Shown here: positions 53,665-64,000 of the stretch, in pieces
Layout of the letters: each line of letters starts with the position of its first letter
Numbering within the stretch: position 1 is the stretch's first letter
From: Malacoraja senta
Lineage: Eukaryota
Reading direction: 5' to 3'
NCBI GenBank assembly: GCA_038087875.1
Contig: CM075982.1
Location: 17,546,001 to 17,610,000 of the forward strand
Length of the DNA stretch: 64,000 nucleotides
Translations under genes and position numbers: made by a program
Notes under the pieces: generated by a model
What the model was told of the DNA's origin: nothing
Database searches by the model: none
What the model saw: only the letters and a program-made list of their open reading frames with translations

Positions 53665-54455
53665 GTAGAAGTGCTGGAGTAACTCAGCGGGACAGGCAGC
53701 ACCTCTGGAGAACATGGATAGGTGACGTTTTGGGGCGAAACCCTTCTTCAGACAACCGTTCACGGGGGGGAAAGAAAGCTGGAAAAGTGGATGGGCAAGA
53801 TAGAGCATAGCCGGTAATGGGTGAACACAGGCGAGGGGTTGCTTGATAGGCAGATTGCTGGACAGAGGCCAAAGATGAAAAGACAGGTGTGAGCACAAAA
53901 AGGATAAAGAGTTGCGAATTCTGAATCTCGAGGGTAGAAACGTTGCGAATTGCATAGCTGGTGGAAGGAATGGAGGGGAGAAAGAGGGATGTTGATAGAG
54001 AAAAGGGAGGGGGAAGGGGGCTGTTCGTGGGTTAGTTGCCTAAAATTGGTGAATTCACAGTTCATACCATTGGGTTGTAAGTTACCCATGTGCAATATGA
54101 GGTGCTGGAATACGAGGTCCATTTTGCATGTGGCCTCATTCTTGCATTGCAAGAAGCCCAGGACAGAAAGGTCAGAATGGGAATGGGAAGGGGAGTTAGC
54201 AACTGGAAGATCCCGTGGGCCTTGGCAGAATGAGCACGTGTTCAGCAAAGAGATCATCGAGTCTACAATTGGTCTCGCTGATGGGGTCCCTGGATGGAGG
54301 TGAGGAAGGAGGTATAGGGACAGGCGTTACATTTCCTGCAGTGCCTGGGGAAAGTGCCTGGGGACGGGGTGGTTTGGGTGGGAAGGGATGAGTGCACCAC
54401 GGGGTTGTACGGGAACGATCACTGCAGAAAGTGGAAAGTGGTGGAGATGGGAAGA
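53665..54455 (-). mobile_element. Penelope-like (Neptune-type) retroelement 3' part: Cys-rich linker, GIY-YIG endonuclease remnant and terminal module
   Basis: PGTFPRHCRKCNACPY linker, ETNCRLDDLFAEH and HLILHMGNLQPNGMN, then a 3' UTR ending ctgaagaagggtttcgccccaaaacgtc..gctgagttactccagca. Confidence 0.8.
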
Positions 54456-55419
54456 CATAAATAATGGTTTTCAAAGGACACCCGAAAAATTAGATTTATT
54501 CTATGCTTTTGTTTCAATCTTTGTTGACCTCAGCAATACTGAAAATGACATTTTAAGTCTCTCTAGCTGTCATGCGTATCCACATAAAAACCAAAGAAAT
54601 GGGTAAATGATGTGCTGCATTACTGAGACGGCAAATCTAAAAGGTTTCCAGGTAATATCATTCCAATCAGCCAAGACATTTCATGCATATAACTGCTCAT
54701 ATTATATTCTGTATTAGAAATATGTGAATGTCCTGCTTCTTACAGAAACTATTGTAATAAAAAGAGAACAGCAAGTATGCCCAATAGCTTATTTGGTTTA
54801 TCTTTTTCAATCTAATTCATAAGCTCCTGTGCACACTTCGTGGACGTTGATCTTTTGTCAGGTTGCTACACTGCACTATGGATTAGGTAAACCATCTCAG
54901 CAATTGTGTCAAGATGAATTAAATATTTCACCTGACTATAAGGATCGCACTGAATCTATCTGAGCCATGACAAACACCAAGACCTGAATTTTGAGGACAT
55001 CTTACCAATTATACAGTAGCATTTTGTCAATCTTAAGGCATTTGTTCTTGGAAAAATATTTGGCTTTTTGAAACAGAAGTAATCCAACTTCATTCACTGC
55101 CACTTACAAAGATATAGCATTGTGTTCTATTAGCTAATGAAGTACTAAAGGCAGAAGATAGTTTTCTATTTTTTATCTTTTAATATGCAGGTCTAGTGCC
55201 TAAAATTGATTCAATTCATGGAATTGCATCGTGCACAAGCCTTTCAATAAAAGTCTCAGCATCGTTCAGGTGGATTCCTTTCAGTGTTCCATTTGAAATG
55301 TCAGGGGCCAGAAAGTATTCTCTTTCCATCATACCAGGACGCATGCTTGTTTAAAATTGTACATGATCCAACAATTTGAATTTTAAAAGTTGAGTGGACA
55401 ACACTATATAATAAGTTTA

Positions 55420-55830
55420 ATTTAACGATAGAACTTTATTTATCCCAGGAGGGAAATTGATCTGCCAACACAAAACACAAAATACATGAAACTTGAAATT
55501 AAAGTGACGTGGAAAGGATTGGGGATGAGCAAAGAAGGGGGAAGGGGAGGGGGGGTGGGAGGGGAATCATTCCACCCCACGACAGAAGGGGGAGGGGTTG
55601 TACAGTTTGATAGCTACAGGGAAGAAGGATCTCCTGTGGCGTTCTGTACTGCATCTTGGTGGAACCAGTCTGTTGCTGAAGGTATTCCTCAGGTTGACCA
55701 GTGTGCCATGGAGGGGGTGAACTGTATTGTCCAAGATGTCCACAGTTTGAGGAGCATCCTTCCTTCCAAGACCACCTCCCATGAATCCAACTCTGCCCCC
55801 AGGATGGAGCTAGCCTTCCTGATGAGTTTG
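55420..55830 (-). mobile_element. Rex1-like LINE 3' fragment
   Basis: KLIRKASSILG, ILDNTVHPLH and TERHRRSFFPVAIKLYN peptides. Confidence 0.8.
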
Positions 55831-55949
55831 TTATTTACATATTTTCCAAGTGATGACCATATTGTAAAGATTACCATGGAATTATATATAAAGAAAATAT
55901 AACAAATCTATAAACCAGTAGTGAGCCGGATAATAGGTCACAAGGTGAC

Positions 55950-56115
55950 ACAAGGAACTGCACATGATGGAATCTTGAGCAAAACAAAAAGTGTTGGAGT
56001 AACACAACAAGTCAGGCAGCATCTGTGGAGGGAAAGGATAGGCAACGTTTCAATCAGAACCCTTCTTCAGTCTGATTGTTTGAGTCTGAGTTACTCCAGC
56101 ACTTTCTGTTTTGTT
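55950..56115 (-). mobile_element. Penelope-terminus module with partial inversion
   Basis: Minus strand gactgaagaagggttctgattgaaacgttgcc, plus a short inverted arm ctgagttactccagcac. Confidence 0.7.
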
Positions 56116-58077
56116 CAATGGGGCATAGAACATGCTTTCAGAGAGAAAAAAACGTGAGCTCCTTGAAGAAATCATCACAGAGTAAGCAAATGTTTAATTT
56201 ACCCAATCATGTTTCAAAAGGTTATAGTAACATAGTACAATGGGAACTATTTCTTAAATGGAAGTCTTTTTCAAAGCAGCAAACTATTCCAATTGGGGAA
56301 CTGCTTCTGCGAATGTGTTTAGAAAAGATTCATTCCTATCATACAAATTAACTTTTTAAAAATTCTGCTTTAATCTGAAGAATTGGTTGCTTTGATATTA
56401 CATATTTATAAATTAAGTTGGATACATGGTGCTGCTTTTGAATGTAAAGTGCAATATGATGAATAAACACTAGCTCCAAAATATATCAAATAACAGTTAT
56501 TGAACATTATCACATCACAAATACATTTTCATAATACACCCAATCGAAATACAAGAGACACTCACTAAAACTATTCTCAGTTTCACCTCCTCAAAGTTTG
56601 GTTATGTCTGCAGTGAATATTTTGGGCAATATTAAACTACGATGAAGATAACATATTTATTTTATATCTTTCATGATTTAAGATTATTCTAAAGCATTTT
56701 ATAGTCTATGATGCTCTGAATAATAATAATAATAATAATAATAAGCCAACAAATTTGTGCACAAAAGCTCATGCAAACAATGAACTGTTGACCATATACT
56801 GGTATGCCAGTTGAGAGAAAGACATTGGTCTCATTTCCAGATTTCCTACCATATAGGAGATGCCATTTGGCTATTGAGTCTGTGCCGGTTCACAGAACAA
56901 TTTAATTTCCCCCACTACTTTTCCCTATATGCTATTCTGTACATATGCATAACACTTCTACCACCCACCTACACCACGATAATTTACTATGACCAACTAA
57001 CCTAATCCAACCATTGTGGGATGTGGGAGAAAACCAGAGTATCCAGGGGAAACTCATGCAGTGAAGGGAAAGCATGCAATGACTGTTATGTCAATATTGG
57101 CCAAAACTGGGTGAACACTCTTGTTCTTCAAACAGCTCTTGGGTATCGTCAATGGCAATATAACAGCTTAGGAAAAGATCAGCTCTCCCCCAGTACTGCA
57201 ACATGATGAACGTTTTGAGTCTCTGGAATGGGATCAGAAACTTCAATCCCTTAACTTGGATGAGAGTTATCATTAAGCCAAAGCTAAAAGCAATGGTAAT
57301 GTCCTGGCACTGGCAGTACGACTCTCAGAAGCAAACTGCAGCGATAAATTAAAAGTATCCCACAAAATTGTATCATATTAAAGAAGCCTGTCTTATTTGT
57401 TCGCCCATCCATAATGTGCTGTAATAAAGCACCAACTACTTCCAATAACAACATTGATAGATAGAAGTTTCATTGTTGGTACCCTAGATGCCACAAACAA
57501 AAAAATATAATTATGCTCCAGCAGCTGTGAAATTATAATGAATTGATGCAATACTCAAAAGGCACTATCAACATTTTATATCTGTAAACATCTGCTCCAA
57601 AACCTGAACCTGAATAAAAATCTGAAAAACAGATCAACACAAGAGTTGACATTTACACTTCATAAACCCTGACAAATTAAAATTTAATGTAAATTTCACT
57701 GCAGCTGTGATTAAAAAGTACACAAAGAGATCTGCAATCAGAATGTTTACAACTTTATCTCAACAAAGCTATCTTGAGAAATTCATATTACGGAAAACCT
57801 TGGACAAATAACTCGGTGGTCATAAACTTTCCTGTCTTATTCTAATTATATACTGCAATGAATATAGAGTATTTATAATCATACATGTCATTGTATTGGT
57901 CTGGCAGTTTTTCATCAGAATTCTTCATGGAGAAATTAATTACTATAGCATTAATAGTTGAGGACTTCAAACACAACCCAAGAGTAGAATAGACATTTCA
58001 CAAAACACCAGAAATAGCTTCCAATTTGAACGTGATGAACATTTGTGCAATCAAAGCATTTTTACCCAAGCAGTTAC

Positions 58078-58164
58078 CTGCATTTAAATGGCAATCTTTA
58101 ACTTGAAACTGAAGTTCATTTTCATTGGGGATGTCCTTCCATGTAGCGAGGAAGACTTGACGCT
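58078..58164 (-). CDS. AP2B1: AP-2 complex subunit beta, antepenultimate coding exon (87 nt; (E)RQVFLATWKDIPNENELQFQVKDCHLNA)
   Basis: Peptide is nearly identical to the beta2-adaptin appendage platform subdomain as I recall it. The acceptor is pyrimidine tract-TAG and the donor is GTAACT; phase 1/1 joins in frame to the next exon. Confidence 0.95.
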
Positions 58165-58921
58165 CTAGATAAGAAGAAAGAAAATAAATCGCAATAAACA
58201 AATGTTGGTAGAAAATGCTGATCGTACCACCTTAAAATTAGGTTATATCTTAAATATTGTTTTGCCATTTTTGCATCCTAATTGAAGGATATTGGTTCTA
58301 CAGTTGTCAGTTAGCTTATCTGCATTTTTGAAATACCCATGGTCAGAAACTCAGAAATCTGCTTGGACTTTTATTTTACAAGGAAGTTTGGCAAGGTACA
58401 TAAAAACTTATTTAATTAACATTTTCCTCCCACTGAAAAGGTTGTTTTTGTCACAACAGAATGACATTACTCAATTGTTACAACCCCAATTAAGATTTCC
58501 CTCTATTTTGTCCCAGCCGATGTTCTTTTAAATAGTAAGCAGCTGAAATTAATTTGAATTATATGCCTGAACTTTTTTTTTAATTGGTGGTCAACATGGT
58601 CTGGCATGACCTTTGCATTCTGCACTTGGAAAAGTCACTAACCCTGAAAAGAATGGAGGCTGGTCTGAGTAAAATGACATGTGCTGAAATATTCTGAATT
58701 CAATTTTTAATAATAATAATATAGAATATCCAAGGATCTGCCCTTATTCTTGGAAATTATTCCAAAACTAAAAAAAGAACTTGCACACTATCAAGGGCAC
58801 CAAAGCTAACAAATGGTAAGAATCCTTACGCGGGTTAATTTAACGGCCTCATTTATTATTGAAAAAGGCTACCAAAATACTGCTAATGTCTTTATGCTAT
58901 CCTGGGAACATTTTGTTGTTT

Positions 58922-58931
58922 TGTGTGTGTT

Positions 58932-58990
<59 letters not shown>

Positions 58991-59040
58991 GTGTTTGCGT
59001 GTGTGTTTGCGTGTGCGTGTGTGTGAAAGATGTGCGTGTG
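58922..59040 (+). repeat. (GT)n microsatellite
   Basis: Seen directly in the sequence. Confidence 0.97.
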
Positions 59041-59089
59041 CATATCAAGGGAGGTTGATGGAGAGCACAGAATGAAAGTCAGAGAGTAA

Positions 59090-59372
59090 AGGGCCTGTCC
59101 CATGGGCATGCGACTCCATGCGGCAAGCGCGAACCTAACCGCAAGCGGGGGCCGTGCGGAGGTCGCGGGGCCGGTCCCACTTCGATCGCCGGAGCCGTAT
59201 GGAGTTGCGCGGAGCTGGTCCCGACATTGCGCGGGGCTCCGAAAAACTGACACTGTTCAAAAGCTCAATTCGGCAACGGCCTGCATCCCGCTGCCGCATC
59301 GAGGCCGTGCGCACCGCCTCTCCGCCGTACGGACCGTCTTGACGTCAGTCGACCTCCGCGCGGCCCCCGCTT
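59090..59372. mobile_element. Harbinger-like MITE related to 42109-42520, truncated
   Basis: TAA followed by AGGGCCTGTCCCA; shares gcggggccggtccca.ttcga..tatggagttg..gctggtcccgacat with the 42 kb copy. Confidence 0.75.
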
Positions 59373-60284
59373 AAGGAAAGCAAATTGACTCACTTCATTT
59401 TTAATGTACAATGGACTTCCATTGTTCCATTATTCCAGTGAAATAAACCATTGTGACATTTCACATTTCTATTGCTATAGAAGACTCTGTGTACAAACAA
59501 TGGTATTAAATGAAAATCCAACTGTCGTCACAACAATAATAAAATGAGAAATCCTTGCAGCATCTTGACGTGAAACCAGTGAAGTGCACTGAGCGATGAT
59601 GGGAATATTATTGATGGTAAATGTTTAAGACATCTTGTATTGATGTTTCATAGCTGGATTATAGTTCCCCAATTTCACCTGACTGCTCAAATAAAAGGTA
59701 AATTCAATCTTTTAAGGAACATATTCTGGCATTGGAGTTACAGACCACAAATGGGATTAAAGGGACCTGCAGAAGAGTTAAATCCAATGTAGCACCTGCT
59801 GGTCCCAGGCCTCCATCAACGTAAAACATCTCTCGAATGCCACAAAATAACAGTTGTGGTGAAAATTACTGTTATTTAGCAGCTCCACAAGGCACAAGAT
59901 GTAAATAATTAATTAACCACCTAATGAGACAGATGTGATTAATCCACAGAGAATATGTTAAACTAAATAGATTGTTTCTTCAAAAAGGACTAAAAGTCAG
60001 TTTATAACACATAGCTTTTAAAAAATATAAAGCTAAGCTTTGAGGTTTCAAAGGTTTGCTTGTACATCAAAAGGTGATCCATCCAGAGTGTTGTTCATAT
60101 TGGATTACAATAACAAGGGAATTGGTTTATAGGTAGATTGGGTGAGTAGGGAAAGGAAACGGCACAAGAATGGAGTATGTGTGATTATTCACCTTAAAGG
60201 AGATGAGTATTATTTAAATGGTGCAAGATCAATGAATGCTGACATTCACAGAGATCTGGGTGTTCTCAGCATACCTCATGAGTC

Positions 60285-61160
60285 AAAATAGAACAGTACA
60301 GCACAGAAATAGGCCCCCGGCCCACCATTTCTGTGCCGAAAATGATGCCAAGTTAAACTATTCTCCTGTGCATGTTCATGATCCATATTATTCAATTCCT
60401 TGCATATCCATGTGTCTATCTAAAGCCACTTACATGCCATTATCATATCTGCTTCCACCAACACCCCTGGTAACATGTTCCAGGCACCCATGACTCTGTA
60501 AAAAAACTTGCCCCACAACTCTCCATTAAACTTGACCCCTTGGACTATAAAGATATGCTCTCAATACAATTAGTATTGTCACTAATACTCTCTAATCCAG
60601 GCAGCATTCTGGTAAACCTCTTCAGTACCCTCGCACTACGGACTTGCACCTCAAGATCCCTCTGTACATCCCTTCTCATCTAATTTCCCCTTACATTTTA
60701 CCTCCAAAAGTGCAATACCTCACACCTGTTCGGGTTAACTCCATCTGCCATTTCTCCACCCATATTTCTAACTGATCTATATCCGGCTACATCCTTTGTG
60801 TTGACTTGAAACTTACTAATCAGCCTATCTACATTTTTCTCCAAGGCATTTTTTTGCATTGCAATCAACATAGGCATCAGCATTGATACCTGCAGAACAT
60901 CACAGGCCGCAGACCTCTTGTCGGAGAAACATCCCTTCATCACTAGCTTTTTACTTCGATGACCATGCCAATTTTGAATCCAATCCACCAAGACACTGTG
61001 GACTCCATGCACCTTAATCTGCTGGATCAAATCATCATGAGCGTCCTTGTGTAATGCATTACTAAATTCCATATAGACATTTACTGCCCTTCCTTTATAA
61101 TTTTTGACACCTTCTCAAAAACAAAATCAAGTTCGTAAGACATGACCTTCCCCAAATAAA
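60285..61160 (-). mobile_element. Degraded CR1-like LINE fragment
   Basis: WIQNW..CEVLHF peptides and CR1-type tail. Confidence 0.7.
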
Positions 61161-62198
61161 GCACCAATGACCATCTTTAATGAGCATGAGAATGAAAAGC
61201 GGTTGAAAATGTGGACGAATTTCATCTCTCAGGGGGTTGTGAATCTTTGGAATCCTCAACCCCAGAGAATTATGGATGCCTATATGCTTATGAATTCAAG
61301 GTCGAGACAGATTTTCAGACTCTATGGGAATATGGAAGGTCACAAAAGGGTCAAAGATCAGAACTGTCAATGGCATACAATGGACCTGTGACTATCCCAT
61401 TTTACTCCGTGCAACAGATTAATGGACCTTTGATTAGTAGAATATGTGTTGGAAACACTGTATTGACTTTTATGGAAAGAATTAGCTCCATTTCTCAAAA
61501 TAAAGGTTTTCTATCTTTGCTTCTAGAAAATAGAATAGATAAATGGTTTGCTCCAAATTATGTACCACATTAAAAAAAATCACTCTTAGTCAAGGGTTTG
61601 TGTTTTGTTTTCTTCTACTTTGATATTTCTTGTGTAAGCTTCTTAAAATTAATGTTAAATTTCAGATCTGGGCATCATCAGTAAATTTGCCGATGTTCTT
61701 TCAATTTGTCATGGATAAATAGGCAAGGAGGTAAAAGTTTTTGACAAGATGACCTTAAGAGTTTGCCTCCACTCTCTGTTAGAAGAGGATTTGGAAACAT
61801 CTCCTAAAAGATGGTCCGCACATCAATTATAGATCAAAACTTAGTGACTCTTCAAGACAAGATAGTTACTGTTAGTAGTTGAAATGTTTCCCAAGGCTCT
61901 CCATGGTGTTCAGCTTTTAGATAGATGTGAGCTACAGAATATTAATGACATCAAGTTGTACAAGGGAATCTTCATGTTTGAGTCAAGAGTTTGAACAATT
62001 AAATTCTAACTTTCAGCAGCACAACAAGGCTGTAAACACAGTCCTCAATAGATAACATAATAAACCAACGGGGAAAAAAAGCTCAATAAATAAACATCCA
62101 ATCAAGTGCAAAACAAATCCCAAAGTTCCTAGTTCGGCTTTTAGTTGGAGTTCGAAGTTTTCAATAGCCTGATGGTTGTTGAGCAGAAGCTGTTCTTA

Positions 62199-63030
62199 CA
62201 TAGAAACATAGAAAATAGGTGCAGGAGGAGGCCATTCGGCCCTTCGAGCCAGCACCGCCATTCATTGCGTTCATGGCTGCTCGTCCACAATCAATAACCC
62301 GTGCCTGCCTTCTCCCATATCCCTTGATTCCACTAGCCCCAAGAGCTCTATCTCACTCTCTCTTAAACCCATCCAGTGATTTGGCCTCCACTGCCCTCTG
62401 TGGCAGGGAATTACACAAATTCACATCTCTCTGCGTGAAAACGTTTTTTCTCACCTCAGTCTTAAATGGCCACTCCTTTATTCTAAGACTGTGGCCCCTG
62501 GTTCTGGACTCACCCAACATTGGGAACATTTTACCTGCAGCTAGCTTGTCCAGTCCCTTTATAATTTTATATGTTTTTATAAGATTCCCCCTCATCCTTC
62601 TAAACTCCAGTGAATACAAGCCTAGTCTTTTCAATCTTTCCTCATATGACAGTTCCGCCATCCCAGGGATCAATCTTGTGAACCCACGCTGCACTGCCTC
62701 AATCACAAGGATGTCCTTCCTCAAATTCGGAGACCAAAACTGTATGCAATACTCCAGATGTGGTCTTACCAGAGCCCTATACAACTGCAGAAGAACCTCT
62801 CTACTCCTATACTGAAATCCTCTTGTTATGAAGGCCAACATTCCATTATCTTTCTTCACAGCCTGCTGTACCTGCACACCAACTTTCAGTGACCGGTGTA
62901 CAAGGACACCCAGGTCTCGCTGTACCTCCCCCTTACCTAACCCCATTGAGATAATAATCTGCCCCCTTGTTTTTACCACCAAAGTGGATAACCTCACGTT
63001 TATCTAAATACCAAAGTGGATAACCTCACA
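62199..63030 (-). mobile_element. CR1-like LINE 3' part, little diverged
   Basis: 214-aa open RT C-terminus (QRDLGVLVH..LVRPHLEYCIQFWSP) and a (TTCTATG)n-type tail. Confidence 0.93.
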
Positions 63031-63199
63031 TTTATCTATATGAACCTTTGGTTTATATGTTTCTATAAGATCCCCCTCATCCTTCTAAACTCCAGTGAAT
63101 ACAAGCCTAGTCTTTTCAATCTTTCCTCATATGGTATATGAACCTTTGGTTCATATACCATAGGTTTATATAACCTTAGGTTCTTGAGCCTAGATATCA

Positions 63200-63710
63200 G
63201 TTTTCAGACTATCTTCTTCCTGATGGCAGGAGTGAAATGAGAGAGTAGCCAGGGTGGTGTGGGTCCTTGATAATGCTGGCTGTATTTTTGGGGCAGCTCC
63301 TCCCATAGAAGGTGGGAAAGACAGTGCCCGTGATGGACCAGGCAGAGTTCACCTCTTTTTAGTATAGGTTAGTTTAGTTTAATTTATTGTCTCGTGTACC
63401 GAGGTACAGTGAAAAGCTTTTTTATTGCGTGCTATCCAGTCAGCGGAAAGGCTATATATGTTTACAATCAAGCCGTCCACAGTGTACAGATACAGGATAA
63501 GGGGAATAATATTTAGTGCAAGATAAAGTCCAGTAAAGTCCGATTATAGATAGTCCAAGGATGTCCAATGAGGAAGATGGTAGCTCAGGACCACTCTGTA
63601 GTTGGTGATAGAATGGTTCATTTGCCCCATAACAGCTGGAAAGAAGCTGTCCCTGAATCTGAACGTATGCATTTTCACACTTCTGTTACTCTTGGCTGAT
63701 GGGAGAGGTG
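63200..63710 (-). mobile_element. Two Rex1/L2-type LINE 3' fragments
   Basis: IIKDPHHP-type coding remnant, plus a tail cactgtacctcggtacacgagacaataaa. Confidence 0.6.
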
Positions 63711-64000
63711 ACTCAACTATAGATTATATACCATAGATATTGTGGCTTGGGGGAGCATAGACTAGAGTGTTATGATACCCAGCCACCTTGCCAATAACCT
63801 CAACCTGAGAACCGATGCTCTCAAAATAGCAGAAGAACAAGCTCTGGACCACTGCATCATCAGGGTATTTTGGGTTGGCCTCATTGCTGTTCAAGTTTAG
63901 CTATACTATCTTTCTGACACGAAAGCTGTGGCTCCAAACCTCTTCTCGGGTGCTTTAAAATAAATGTATTTGAAGCTAGATGCACGAAAGCCCCTGCAAC

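Overview
Eukaryotic (vertebrate) genomic DNA. The repeat landscape of HE1-like V-SINEs, CR1, Rex1 and Penelope-like elements points to a cartilaginous fish, probably a skate or ray (inference). The only host gene I can support is the 3' end of AP2B1 (clathrin adaptor AP-2 beta subunit) on the minus strand: three coding exons at 58078-58164, 31481-31635 and 12807-12881 (stop), separated by introns of about 26 kb and 18.6 kb, followed by a repeat-poor probable 3' UTR. Nearly all other listed ORFs are transposon debris or chance. Mobile DNA includes CR1-like and Rex1-like LINEs, V-SINEs, a full-length but frameshifted IR/DR Tc1 element with derivatives, several Harbinger-like MITEs sharing one 14-bp terminus, and Neptune-like Penelope fragments. 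The most notable pattern is about a dozen short Penelope-terminus modules. The best preserved carry a minimal hammerhead-ribozyme core (CTGAAGA-A-stem-GAAAC-GTH). Several are ~200-bp self-inverted units, and two of these have 14-15 bp target-site duplications. There are three assembly gaps at 40.9-42.8 kb.
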